From contig RQSC01000002.1 in the NCBI GenBank assembly GCA_013416795.1, positions 348,603-412,602 of the forward strand: DNA of 64,000 nucleotides. Reading direction: 5' to 3'. This DNA is from Prasinococcaceae sp. CCMP 1430 (Eukaryota; Plantae; Prasinodermophyta). The notes under the pieces were generated by a model. The model worked only from the letters and a program-made list of their open reading frames with translations. It was not told where the DNA came from and searched no databases. Below, piece by piece: positions 41,960-53,382 of this stretch; position 1 is the first letter of the stretch, and each line of letters opens with the position of its first letter. A program made the translations under genes and the position numbers.

Positions 41960-42733
41960 GCGGCGGCCGCCGCGGGGACGCTGTACGACATCCCCGTGAG
42001 CAACAACGGCGCGCGCGTGCGCCTGCTGCTGTACAAGGCTGGCCTCGAGGGCGAGGTCGAAATACAGTCCCCCGCGGCCCTCGGCGGCCTCAAGTCGGAG
42101 GAGTACCTTCAGCTGCACCCGCAGGGCAAGATGCCGCTGCTCGTCACCGAGACCGGCCTCGCGGTGCCGGAGTCGGAGGTCATCGTGTCGTACCTCCTGG
42201 ACAAGTACCCGGAAGAGACCGCGCCATTCGTGGCGCCGACCGTCGACGCGCGCACGCGCGCGGCGCTGCTCACGCGCCTGCACGACGTGTACATGTGCGG
42301 CGCGCCGCCGGGCGGCAACACCGTCATGGGGGGGCTCTACAAGCCAATGGGCGAGGACGAGCGCGAGGCGAAGCTCGCGAGCATGAACGCGCAGCTCGAC
42401 GACATCGAGGCGCTGCTCGCGGACGGTGCCAACGGTGGCGGGCCGTGGCTGGCCACCAGCGCGGCACCCTCCACGGCGGACTTCGCTCTCTTCCCTTCGA
42501 TGGTGTTCGTCCGTTTCATGGCGCCGCGATTCTTCGGCTGGGAGGACCCCTTCGCCGTCGAGCGCAGGCCGTACCTCGCGCGCTGGTGGGACGCATGCAT
42601 GGCGGACGCTGACTTCGCGCGCGTGCACGGCGAGGTCGCCGGCGCCCTCGAGGGGTGGGCCGACGGCGGGCGGTGGGACAAGATCGGCGCCAACGAGCAG
42701 GTCGCCGCCGCGCCGGATCGCTACAAGCACTAG
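41960..42733 (+). CDS. Glutathione S-transferase family protein (N-terminus unresolved)
   Basis: LYDIPVSNNGARVR, HPQGKMPLL, ESEVIVSYL and ADFALFP; an in-frame stop upstream implies a missing 5' exon or a sequence error. Confidence 0.85.
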   Translation, partial: AAAAAGTLYDIPVSNNGARVRLLLYKAGLEGEVEIQSPAALGGLKSEEYLQLHPQGKMPLLVTETGLAVPESEVIVSYLLDKYPEETAPFVAPTVDARTRAALLTRLHDVYMCGAPPGGNTVMGGLYKPMGEDEREAKLASMNAQLDDIEALLADGANGGGPWLATSAAPSTADFALFPSMVFVRFMAPRFFGWEDPFAVERRPYLARWWDACMADADFARVHGEVAGALEGWADGGRWDKIGANEQVAAAPDRYKH

Positions 42734-42953
42734 CTAGATGCCTAGCTAGGTCGGACCACGCACGGCAAATGGCTTGTTACAGAGGTATCGCACAGCCATC
42801 GCCCCATTGCGTCGCTGCGCGCACACGGATCGGCCGCGCGTCCTGTCGACAGGCGGCGCGAGCGTCAGGGAGCAGCATGCGCGCAATCGCACTGCCGCGT
42901 TGGTACCTCCTCATCGCACCGCACCGCAGCCCGCTCGCTCGATCGCCCACTAG

Positions 42954-45271
42954 CTAGTGCTCTCTTCGGTGGCGGGGGCAGTAGAGCGTAAGGACCTCCG
43001 GCTGCGCGCCCGCGAGGGGCGCGAAGTTGACGGCGTATGGTCGCACGGAGGGACGCGAGGCGGTCGCGTCCGTGCCACCGGCGCCGGTGCCGGCGGCACT
43101 GTCGCCGCCGTAGTAAAAGGCCTCGATGCCGCGAGCGTGCGAAGCGGCCACGCGGAGGTCCGCCCTGTCACCGGCCGTCACGTGCACGACCACAGGCTGG
43201 GCGACCGTCGCGGTGCCCTCCTGGTGGGCAACGGCGGCGTTCAGGTCGTTGTTGCTGGGGATGGGATCCTCTGGATGCGCCACGATGTCTGCGGAGCACT
43301 CGCCGACATTGACGCCCTTGTAGAACACGGGCACGTGCACCTCGAGGGCCGCTCGGATGCCGCGCAGCAGGAGCTCCACGCTGAGCGCCTTGCGGTAGAA
43401 GGCTGGGGAGGGCGCACGCCCAGTGGTGTCGATGCAGCGCGCGGGAGTCAGGCGCCGCTCTCGCGGGCGCGGGCGCGGGCGCTCCAGAAATGCGAAGAAC
43501 GGCACATGCACGCACGACAGCGGCGCACGCGCCCTCCACGCAGGCGCAACTTGCGCGCGCACACGCACACACGCACGCACGCACACGTGTCATGTCACGT
43601 GGCTTTCACAAACCTTTGTCATAGCCCGGCCCCAGCTCCGATGCAACCTCCTGCGCGGCGTCCACAAGGGCGCGATCGAAGTGTGTCTTGTGGTGGTCGG
43701 GCGGTGCCGCTGGGAGCGCGACCACCACAGCGTTTCCAACGCGCGCGCCCTTCGCGCCGGGGAGGGGCGACTGTGGTGCGTGTGCTCCCCTCTCGGCGGT
43801 GGTGGTGGGGCGGGACGCACCGGCGCCGGCAGCGCTGCCGTTGGCGGTCGCGCGAGTCGTCGGCGCGCCGTGCGCGCTCGCATGCTGTGGCGCGGCGGTG
43901 GCGACGTGCGTACCGGCGGCGTCCACGCTGAGGTGCAGCAGGCTGCCGCGCAGTGACTCGGTCTCGATATCGGTGCGCTCCCTTGTGACGGGCGACGCGC
44001 GGGGCGGCGAGGCACCCATGACGACGCCCTCATGCAGCCTCCTCGTGTGGCGCGCGTTCGTGAAGGCGGTGCTGGCGGCTGCGGCGGACGCCTTGGCGGC
44101 CTCGCGTGCCTCGTGCGGATGCGCGCGAGCGCGCGCGGGCCCCCACGCGACGACGACGCCGGCGCCGCCAGCGTCGTTCACGAAGGCGAGGAGGTCCGCG
44201 TGCGCCGTCGCGAGGTGCTTGAGGCGTCCGCCGAGGACGTCTTTGTCGCGCGGCTGGACGGCGTAGTACGTGCTCATGAGCGGCGCGGCGACGGCGCCCA
44301 CCACGCACCCCCCGCCGCTGCGCGCCGCGTCTACCGCGTGGTTGGCGGCCATCCACGCGTGCAGGCGCTCCACCGCAGCGCGCTCCTCGCCGCTGACGGA
44401 GGGGTTGACCAGGCCGCTGCCGCCAACACCGCGAGGCGCATTGTTGCCCGCGCCGCCGTAGTGCGCGTGCGCGTTGCCGCGGCCGCCGCCGACGGCGCGC
44501 ACGCCGAAGTTGGGCGCAGGGGCGTGGCGCGCCTGCTGCTGCTGCTGGCGTTGGTGGTGCTCGGAGGCTGGCCTGCTCGCAACGGCATGGACCGCCGCGA
44601 GGCTAGTGGGCAAGGCGCGGCGATCTTTGCGTGTGGAGGTAAAAGAGAGAGAGAGAGGGAGAAATCGTGCATGCCGTTGCGCATCCGCGCCGTCCGAGAG
44701 CGAGCTCGCGCCGTCTTCGCCGCCGCCGCCCTCGCCACCGTCGGAGCTCCTGGCGTAGCAGGAGCTGCCGCGGCTCCCCTCCTCAGCGGCGAGCGCCCAC
44801 GCGTTGCGCGCCGACGCGTTGCGCGCCGACACCACCGCGGCGGCACCAGCAACGGCGCTCTCACCAAAACCCCCCTCCGCGCCGGCCGCGTCCGATCCCG
44901 CGCTGATGAGCTCGTCAGTCGCGCCAACGCTGCCGGGCCCGTCTGAGCCGATCGCGGCCCGGCCGTCCGGCTCCTCCGCCGACGCCGCTGGCGCCGTCCC
45001 CGCGTCGGCGGAGTTGCTCGCCGGTAGGCTGGTGCTGCCTTCGGCCGGGGCGCCGCCGCGCGGCGCTCCATTCGCCCCCTCGGGCTCGGCGTCGCCTTCG
45101 GCGGCGGCGGCCATCCTGACCTCCGCTGCGGCCGTCATGACCGCCTCCCTCACCGCGGCGCGCTCGCCGCGCAGTCGATCTGCCAGCGCCGCCAGCACGT
45201 CCATGTCCAGGGCAGGCGCAACACCGGCGGCCGCCGCAGCGTCATCGCCGTCGGCGCCGCGCGCAAACATG
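42954..45271 (-). CDS. Low-complexity N-terminus + C-terminal GxxExxY-family (PD-(D/E)XK-like) domain; intron about 43403-43613
   Basis: Spliced AAQEVASELGPGYDK/AFYRKALSVELLLRGI...VPVFYKGVNVGECSADIV matches GxxExxY proteins. Start codon uncertain (candidates 45204, 45271, 45410). Confidence 0.72.
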
Positions 45272-45766
45272 CGCGTACGCAGTGACTCGCTGCCGGCGTC
45301 GGCGCCACCCGCGCCATTGACGGCGCGCGGGCTGTGGCCTTTGCAGCGGCGCTCGCGCGCCCCCGCCCTCGCAACAATCCCTCCCCGCGTGCCGCGTGCC
45401 GCCGCGCACATCCCCCGCCCGATCGAAGGGGGGGGCGTTGCCGCCACCAGCCAGGCGGCAGCTGCGCCTCCCTGGCTGCCAGTCCGCTCGCACGCGCGGC
45501 GACCACGGGCCGCCTCGGCCGCCGTTTTTTTTTCCCGGCAAAATTTTCCGCGCGCGCCGCCGATCGCGCCGCCTCCTTTGATTAGACCTTCGACCCAAAC
45601 GACGGGTCGAAATCTTTCGCGTCCCGATCACGAAAGACGTAATGTTACGATGATGATCGCATCCGAATCCGAATCCGTCGCATTCTTCGCCTGACAAAGA
45701 CACCCTAAGCCCTACATTGACAACTCCTGCTCATCGTCGGCCTCGCACGGCGCTCACATCTTGAGG

Positions 45767-45819
<53 letters not shown>

Positions 45820-45885
45820 TGTGTGTGTGTGTGTGTGTGTATGTGTGTGTGTGCATGTGTGTGTTTGCATGTGCATGTGCATGTG

Positions 45886-45944
<59 letters not shown>

Positions 45945-46250
45945 GTGTAGGTCAGGGTCGGTGTGGGTCAAGAACCGGGTGTGGGCGCGCGCGCGGCGTG
46001 TGTGTGCAGAGTGCGTGTGCGCGTGTGCCTGCGCGCGCTAGCGTGTGCGCACATGCTTGCGTGGCCACGCGCGTGGGCAGCGCGTGCGTGCGCCCTGCGC
46101 CCTCCACGTGCGCATGCCAGCGGCCTACAAAATGCCCGCAATGTGTGTGGCACACACACGCATGCCATGGGAGAATGTTCGTGCGTTCCGAGTCTGAATT
46201 GTGCGATATCGATGTCATCGAGTCGTGTGTGTGCGTGCGCGCGCGCGCGC

Positions 46251-46305
<55 letters not shown>
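45767..46305. repeat. Compound (GT)n/(GC)n microsatellite region
   Basis: Long GT tracts at 45767-45942 and 46265-46305 with an intervening (GC)n run. Confidence 0.95.
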
Positions 46306-46308
<3 letters not shown>

Positions 46309-46609
46309 CCATACACAGGACCCCATAACTAACCGCATAACTAACCGTAGGTTTTGAGCTGTATGTTGTCGGCGGCGTGTGCCCGGCACGCGCTCGATCC
46401 GCTTGGGAGCGCGTAACGGCGCGGGAGCGCTGGCAGCGCGCCGGCGGCTGCGGCCGCGGCTGCGGCCGGCTGGAGGCTGGTGGCTGGGATCCTAGCGAGA
46501 GGTCGATGGCACGGGGGGGGGGGGATGAGGCGCGCTGCGCGCCGCGCGCGCCACAGCGCATCCCTCGGTGAGAGCAGGCCGCGTCGCTCGAAAGGCACAC
46601 GCACACGCA

Positions 46610-47770
46610 ATGTCGCCCCACTGCATGCGCGCGCGCGCGCTCTCGGCGGCATCGGCCGCGGCGGCGTTTGCGCTGGTTGCCGGGCCGGCGGCCGTCGCCG
46701 CCGCGACCGCGCCCTCCCCCGTGCCGGCCGACGCCGGCATGATCGGCCTGCCGTGCATGGCAAACGCCGACAACCAGTTCGTGATGCGCGTGAGCTACAC
46801 CGCCCCCTCGGTGACGGGCCTGTACACCATCGACGGGTGCGAGGGCTTCGCGCCCACCCTGATGATCGAGCGCGGCGTCGAGTACGAGTTCGTCCAGGAG
46901 GACAGGAGCAACTACTACCACCCCGTGGGCTTCGCGTACTACCCCGACGGCGCGCACACCGGCGTGCCCGAGCTGGAGGTGCCCACCCCGGACGAGTGCT
47001 CGGAGCCGGAGTACGCCTGCAACCCGGAGGCCACCCAGGCGCCGCTCTACTGCGTGGCGGGCGTGTGCGAGACGCTCGACGACTGGAACAACCCCGACGC
47101 CACCGGCTCCGGCCTCGACGCCTACGAGCCCAGGTTCTTCCTGCCGATCGACCAGTGGGACGAGGCGGGCCCCTTCTCGGTGAAGCTCACCATCCCCGTG
47201 GATTCGCTCACCGAGATCTTCTACTACTTCTGCCACATCCACTCGGGCATGAGCGCGCAGATCCAGGTGGTCGACCCCTCGCCGGACGCCAACGAGCTCG
47301 TGCCGGGGCCCCTGACCAGCTTCGACCCCGAGACGTACTACCCTCCGATCGACGAGTTCGACATGGAGTGCGGCACGAGCGCCATCAGCGAGTACCACAC
47401 CGACCAGGACACGCTGTGCCCCAACCAGGAGTTCATGTGCTTCGGCGACCCCACCACCTTCAACGTCTGCTTCGAGGCGACCAACTGCAAGATGAACCAC
47501 GACATGCGCCTCGAGGCGAACGACAACAACATCGCGACCTTCATGACCCAGATGATCGCGCACCACGAGCAGGCGGTGTCGCAGTCGCGCGTCACGCTCA
47601 AGCACGCCATGGGCGACGTGGGCGCGGACGACGAGGACACCGACCTCGAGGGCCTGCTGTACTCCATCATCAACGTCCAGAACCAGCAGATCCAGGTGAT
47701 GCAGGCGTGGCTGGAAACGTACGCGCCCGACGCGGACACCACCGGCTCGTCGTCGTGCCCCACCTCGTAG
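46610..47770 (+). CDS. Secreted cupredoxin-like + DUF305 (ferritin-like) metal-binding protein
   Basis: Hydrophobic signal-like N-terminus; HP.GF and YYFCHIHSGM (type-1 Cu-like C-x2-H-x2-M); C-terminal MIAHHEQAV...I.NVQNQQIQVMQAWL typical of DUF305. Confidence 0.75.
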   Translation: MSPHCMRARALSAASAAAAFALVAGPAAVAAATAPSPVPADAGMIGLPCMANADNQFVMRVSYTAPSVTGLYTIDGCEGFAPTLMIERGVEYEFVQEDRSNYYHPVGFAYYPDGAHTGVPELEVPTPDECSEPEYACNPEATQAPLYCVAGVCETLDDWNNPDATGSGLDAYEPRFFLPIDQWDEAGPFSVKLTIPVDSLTEIFYYFCHIHSGMSAQIQVVDPSPDANELVPGPLTSFDPETYYPPIDEFDMECGTSAISEYHTDQDTLCPNQEFMCFGDPTTFNVCFEATNCKMNHDMRLEANDNNIATFMTQMIAHHEQAVSQSRVTLKHAMGDVGADDEDTDLEGLLYSIINVQNQQIQVMQAWLETYAPDADTTGSSSCPTS

Positions 47771-48402
47771 GCGCGCGCGCGATTCGGACGGAGCGGCATA
47801 GTATGCTATCCCCTCGTCTAAGTTCCAATTTGAGTGACGTGCCCACCCCCAGCCGCCGCCGCCCCCTGCATGTCTATGTCGACGTACTTGTCAAAAATTG
47901 CAGTAGATTTTAACAGGTACTACTCCAAGCAAAACCCTATCAAAACGCACCGGAGCGCGGGGCCAATGTGCCCTTGCCGTGGCTGGCGTTTCTGTTGCCG
48001 CCATCCTCCGGCCCGGGAAAAACGTCTCGAAATGTCATCAAAATGCATTGGATGCCACCCTCATTTTCATTTTTGAAATACTGCCGAAATGTGCGTTCAA
48101 ATTTTCCAGCGCCGAAAAAATCTTGCGCCCCGCTGGCAGCCGCCGGCCGGCGGGTGCGTACCGCAGCGGCGCCGGCGCTCGCGTGCGCGCGGCGCCACAC
48201 AGCCACGCAGCCCACACCGCGCGCGCGCCTTTCCTGCCTGCCTGCCGCCGCCGCCGCCCAGCCTGCTCGCCAAAGCAGAAGTCGGTCCGAGTCTCAGAGT
48301 TGGGGTGACCCACGCGGCCTGCGCGTACTACACACAGTACTGCCGTGGGCAGCCCGCAGGCCCGCTCGTCGCTCGGACAGTCGTGCGGGGGTTTTTGCGG
48401 AG

Positions 48403-48795
48403 ATGGTGCGCTACGAGAGCGTCGTGCTCGACGGCGCGGCGATCGACGCGTTGCTGGCGGACGACGCCGCGCGCGAGCGGCTGTGCGCCGAGCTCTTCGC
48501 GGAATACGACGCGAACAAGGACGGGAGCCTCAGCAAAGCGGAGATCAAGCCCGCGGTGCTCGGCCTGGGCATCGATATGGTGCGCGCGCGCGATGATTGG
48601 GGGATGGGGCCCGAGGCCATGCAGGCGGCGGCGCTGGGCGCCGCGGGAGGGGTGCTCATGGGTGAGGGCCGCGCGCCTCCATCCGCTCGCCTCAACCCGC
48701 ACCCACTCAACACGCCTCCCACCCCAGCCACCGACCCACCTACTGACCCACCGCCGCGCGGGCCGCTCGTGCGACCGCTGACGCGACCCCCCCCT

Positions 48796-48847
<52 letters not shown>

Positions 48848-50202
48848 GAAAGAGCGAGCGAGAGAGGAAAGTGGGGAGTGCGCGCGTGATCGTCGACACC
48901 ATTGGGCGCGCGCGCATTGTGTCTGTTGTGACGCATGTTGGGCGAGCGTTGTGTGCTCACGGGACTCTGTCTCTCTCTCCCTCTCTTTCGTGCGCACACA
49001 CGCTCATTCCCGGCCATCAGGGCCTGCCGCCGCCTGGCACCGAGGCGGAGGCCGATGCCCTCGTGGCGGAGGCGTTCAGGGAGATCGACGCCGATTCGAG
49101 CGGCGACGTGTCGCTCGCGGAATTTGAGGGCTTCGTGTGCGGCGTCCTGGCGCAGATCGCTGCGGGGCTCAGGCGCACGCCGGTCGTCGTCGAGAGCGCC
49201 ACCTTTGACGGCGACCTCATCCGCCGCCTTCTGAAGGACGAGGACGCGCCCGGCACCTTGGCGCTGATGTGTGCGGAGATGTTCAAAGAGCTCGACGTAG
49301 ACAAATCGGGCAAGCTCTCCAATGTGGAGCTGCGACCGCTGCTGGAAGGACTCGCCGAGAAGATGGACGTGCCGCCCGCTTCGCCCGAGTCAGTGGCCTT
49401 CTTCGACGCCGTCTTCGAGGCGGCAGACTGGAACGGCGACCGCGAGCTCGATGCGAGCGAGTTTGCCGATCTGATAAAAGGCATGCTGGAGGTTGTCGCC
49501 GACCGGCTCGCCGAGAACCCAATCACGGTGACCAAGAGCTCCACTGCCGAGGTCGACGTCTTCGACGGCACACTGCTCAAGGCGCTGCTCGCGGACGAAG
49601 GGGCAGCAGGTGGGGCCTTCAAGGAGGCCGTCGTAGAGCAGTTCAAGGCGCTCGACCAGAACGGTGCGCGCACATTTGTTTGCTGACGCGCGGAATGCTC
49701 GCGACGCGCTCGCTGCCAGCGCGTGCTCCGGGCGCGTGCCATTGACGCCATTGCTGTTGTGCGCGCTACCCAGTGCTGCCAAGCCTGCGATGATACGATG
49801 CGTGGGTGTGTCGCAGTGCCCGTGCCAGTGCTGACGCGCCCGCAAACCGACGAATATCGCTGCGCGGAACCTCACGAAGGCGACGGCAAACTGTCCCTCA
49901 GCGAGCTGCGCACTGCCATCGACACCATCACGCAAGACGACTCCGTGCCGCTCCCGCCCACCGCCCAGAACGACAAGGCGGCCGACCGCCTCGAGCTGAG
50001 CGTCTCGAAGGTCTTCGACGAGATTGACACCGACCACAGCGGCGAAGTGGATCTGGAGGAATTCGAAGCGCACACGCGCAAGGTGCTTGCTTCCGTGGCG
50101 AGCTTGCTCGAGGAGGCGCCCATCATCATTGTGCGCTCCAGCGAGTACACCACCGTTTCCGCCGAAGATGGAGCGCCTGCGCCAGCGGAGGGCGCCGAGT
50201 AG
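48403..50202 (+). CDS. Six-EF-hand protein: three tandem copies of a two-EF-hand module (exons 48403-48579, 49021-49663, 49880-50202)
   Basis: EF loops DANKDGSLSKAE, DADSSGDVSLAE, DVDKSGKLSNVE, DWNGDRELDASE, DQN/GDGKLSLSE and DTDHSGEVDLEE; each module opens with (L/F)DG..I. Confidence 0.88.
48796..48846 (+). repeat. G51 homopolymer in an EF-hand gene intron
   Basis: Uninterrupted G run. Confidence 0.9.
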
Positions 50203-50553
50203 GAGGCGGAGGCCCTCTAAGGCCCGCCGGCTATCAACGCTCGTTGCGCGCCGTTCCGCGCCGTTGCGCGTACGAGGGCGTCCGTTTTATGGAGTGCGTG
50301 TGCCGATGTGCACTCGCAAGTCGCGCGTCGTCTGTCCCCGACACTGGCACGCACGCGCGGACGCACCGCACGAGGCACACCAAGGTCATATCGTTTGCCA
50401 GGAGTCCAGCATCAGTCCACATGTATAAGACTGCAGCCTCTTCCTACTGTTGCACTCGGTTCCTCGCGGCGCGCTGTCGGGGCGCGGGTGTTAGACAGAC
50501 TTACTTACAAGTTGCGCACGCAGCAGCTGGCGCGCCCGGCCTGGGACGCCAGC

Positions 50554-51280
50554 TTACGCCGCCTTCACGTTGGCGATGATCTCCTTGGCGTTCTTGACGA
50601 GGCCGTCGTAGTCGCGCGCGCCCATGAGCGCCGGCGGGAAGAGCGGCGCCACGAAGCCCAGCGAGGAGGCGCCGTTCTGGAGGAAGGCGGCGGCGGTGTC
50701 CTTCTCGACGCCCGAGGTGGGGTTGACGGTGAGCATGGGCAGCGCCGCGGTGATGGCCTTGACGGTGTTGGCGCCGCCGGCGATGCCCGGGAAGAGCTTC
50801 TGGATCTGCGCGCCCATGCGGTACGCCGCGAAGAGCTCCGAGGGGGTCTGGCAGCCCGGCACGATGACGATGTTGCGGGCGACGGCCCACTCGATCACCT
50901 CGGGGATGATGCACGGCGACACCAGGAACTTGGCGCCGGCCGCCATGGCGGCCTCGGCCTGCTCCACGGTCATGACGGTGCCGCAGCCCACGAGCACGTC
51001 GTCGCGCGGCGAGTAGTCCTTCACCATCTTGAGGCAGCCCGGCGTGGTCAGCGTGAACTCGAGGATCTTGAACCCGCCCTCGATGGCGGCGTCCATCGCC
51101 TTGGGGGCGAACTCCTCGTCGTTCGTGCGCAGCACGGCGGTCGCCTTGTGCTCCTTGATGTACGCCAGCACGGCGGCCTCCTGCTCCTTGGTTTGCATGT
51201 GGTCGAGCGCCGCCGCCGCCGCGAAGCCGCGCGCGCGCGCGGCGGCCGACGAGAAGCGAGCGCGCGCGGCGGCGCCGCGG
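50554..51280 (-). CDS. eda: KDPG/KHG aldolase (Eda family) with Ala/Arg-rich presequence running into a gap
   Basis: AVLRT, GGFKILEFTLTTP, VGCGTV, GAKFLVSP, PGCQTPSE, Schiff-base KLFP and PTSGV. Confidence 0.9.
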
Positions 51281-52744
51281 NNNNNNNNNNNNNNNNNNNN
51301 NNNNNNNNNNNNNNNNNNNNNNNNNNNNNNNNNNNNNNNNNNNNNNNNNNNNNNNNNNNNNNNNNNNNNNNNNNNNNNNNNNNNNNNNNNNNNNNNNNNN
51401 NNNNNNNNNNNNNNNNNNNNNNNNNNNNNNNNNNNNNNNNNNNNNNNNNNNNNNNNNNNNNNNNNNNNNNNNNNNNNNNNNNNNNNNNNNNNNNNNNNNN
51501 NNNNNNNNNNNNNNNNNNNNNNNNNNNNNNNNNNNNNNNNNNNNNNNNNNNNNNNNNNNNNNNNNNNNNNNNNNNNNNNNNNNNNNNNNNNNNNNNNNNN
51601 NNNNNNNNNNNNNNNNNNNNNNNNNNNNNNNNNNNNNNNNNNNNNNNNNNNNNNNNNNNNNNNNNNNNNNNNNNNNNNNNNNNNNNNNNNNNNNNNNNNN
51701 NNNNNNNNNNNNNNNNNNNNNNNNNNNNNNNNNNNNNNNNNNNNNNNNNNNNNNNNNNNNNNNNNNNNNNNNNNNNNNNNNNNNNNNNNNNNNNNNNNNN
51801 NNNNNNNNNNNNNNNNNNNNNNNNNNNNNNNNNNNNNNNNNNNNNNNNNNNNNNNNNNNNNNNNNNNNNNNNNNNNNNNNNNNNNNNNNNNNNNNNNNNN
51901 NNNNNNNNNNNNNNNNNNNNNNNNNNNNNNNNNNNNNNNNNNNNNNNNNNNNNNNNNNNNNNNNNNNNNNNNNNNNNNNNNNNNNNNNNNNNNNNNNNNN
52001 NNNNNNNNNNNNNNNNNNNNNNNNNNNNNCCCCGCCCCCTCCCCCCCCCACCTTCCCGCGCGCCCAGCCGCCGGCGGCCGCCGCCAGCCCCGCGCGGAGC
52101 TCTGCGCCGCTCGCGCGCGGTATCCGCCACGCGTCACTATTTAGGGTTAATTTGAGTATAGGGTTCATAAGTGTTCGTTAAAAAGCACTGAAATGCCGCT
52201 TCATGGTGCCCCCGGGCGTGGCCAGCAACACCGGGTTTGGATTCCGCGCGTATCCGGGGTATAACGGTGGATTCCGCGGATGGGTTCCGTGTGCCGGCGC
52301 ACCCGCGCGCGTGTGGCTGCGCATCGCGCGCGCCCGAAACGCGGGGCCGAGTTTCGTGAGGGGTTTACGCGAAATGATCGAATAATGAACACAATGTGAG
52401 GTCTTATGTGAACCTCGAGAGAATTTAGAGTTCTGTCGGTTTTTGCAGTTAGATGCTCCCGCTTTTCGCACCCGCTTTTCCCGGCGTTTGCGCCAGGTGG
52501 AATCCCAATGCAACTTCGGTGGGAAATAGTGGATTCCATATCGGACTTGTATCGTAGTATGACGAATAAATGCAATGTTGGATTCGTTATTATTCAGCGT
52601 AAAATACGGAATCCACTTTGGTAGGCCGATTGCAGGTCAATCTGGGCTGGACCCCACCACCATAAGCGGATAAGGCTGCATTCCGCCCCGGGCGCAGGCG
52701 CGCGGGCGCGAGCGGGGGCGGGTGCAGGGCTCTGCCGGCGGCTG

Positions 52745-52773
52745 CGTGTGTATGTGTGTGTGCGTGTGTGTGT

Positions 52774-52816
<43 letters not shown>

Positions 52817-52825
52817 CGTGTGTGT

Positions 52826-52856
<31 letters not shown>

Positions 52857-53334
52857 AGCGCCTGCCCGCGCGGGCCGCGAGGCCGTCGCTCTCCCGCGCG
52901 TTCGCCGCGTCGGCCGCGCTGCCGTCGACGATGAAGGCCGCCGTCGTGCGCGAGACGGGCCCCGCGGAGAACCTCGTGGTGGAGACCGACTACCCCGTCC
53001 CCGCGCTGCCCGACGACGGCGTCATCGTCGCCAACGAGTACGCGGGCATCAACTTCATCGACACCTACCACCGCAAGGGGCTCTACGCGCGCGACATGCC
53101 CTTCGTCGGCGGGCAGGAGGGCAGCGGCACCATCGCGGCCGTCAGCGACAAGGCCAAGGTGAGCGCGCGCGGGCGACGCGAACGAGCGCGCGCGCGCAAA
53201 ACGCACGCACGCGCACGCGCTTGTGCGCACGCACACACACACGCACACACACACGCGTGCGCACACACTTACACGCGCGCGTGCAACACCCACACACACG
53301 CGCGCACGCGTAACACGCGCGCGCGCACACACAC

Positions 53335-53382
<48 letters not shown>

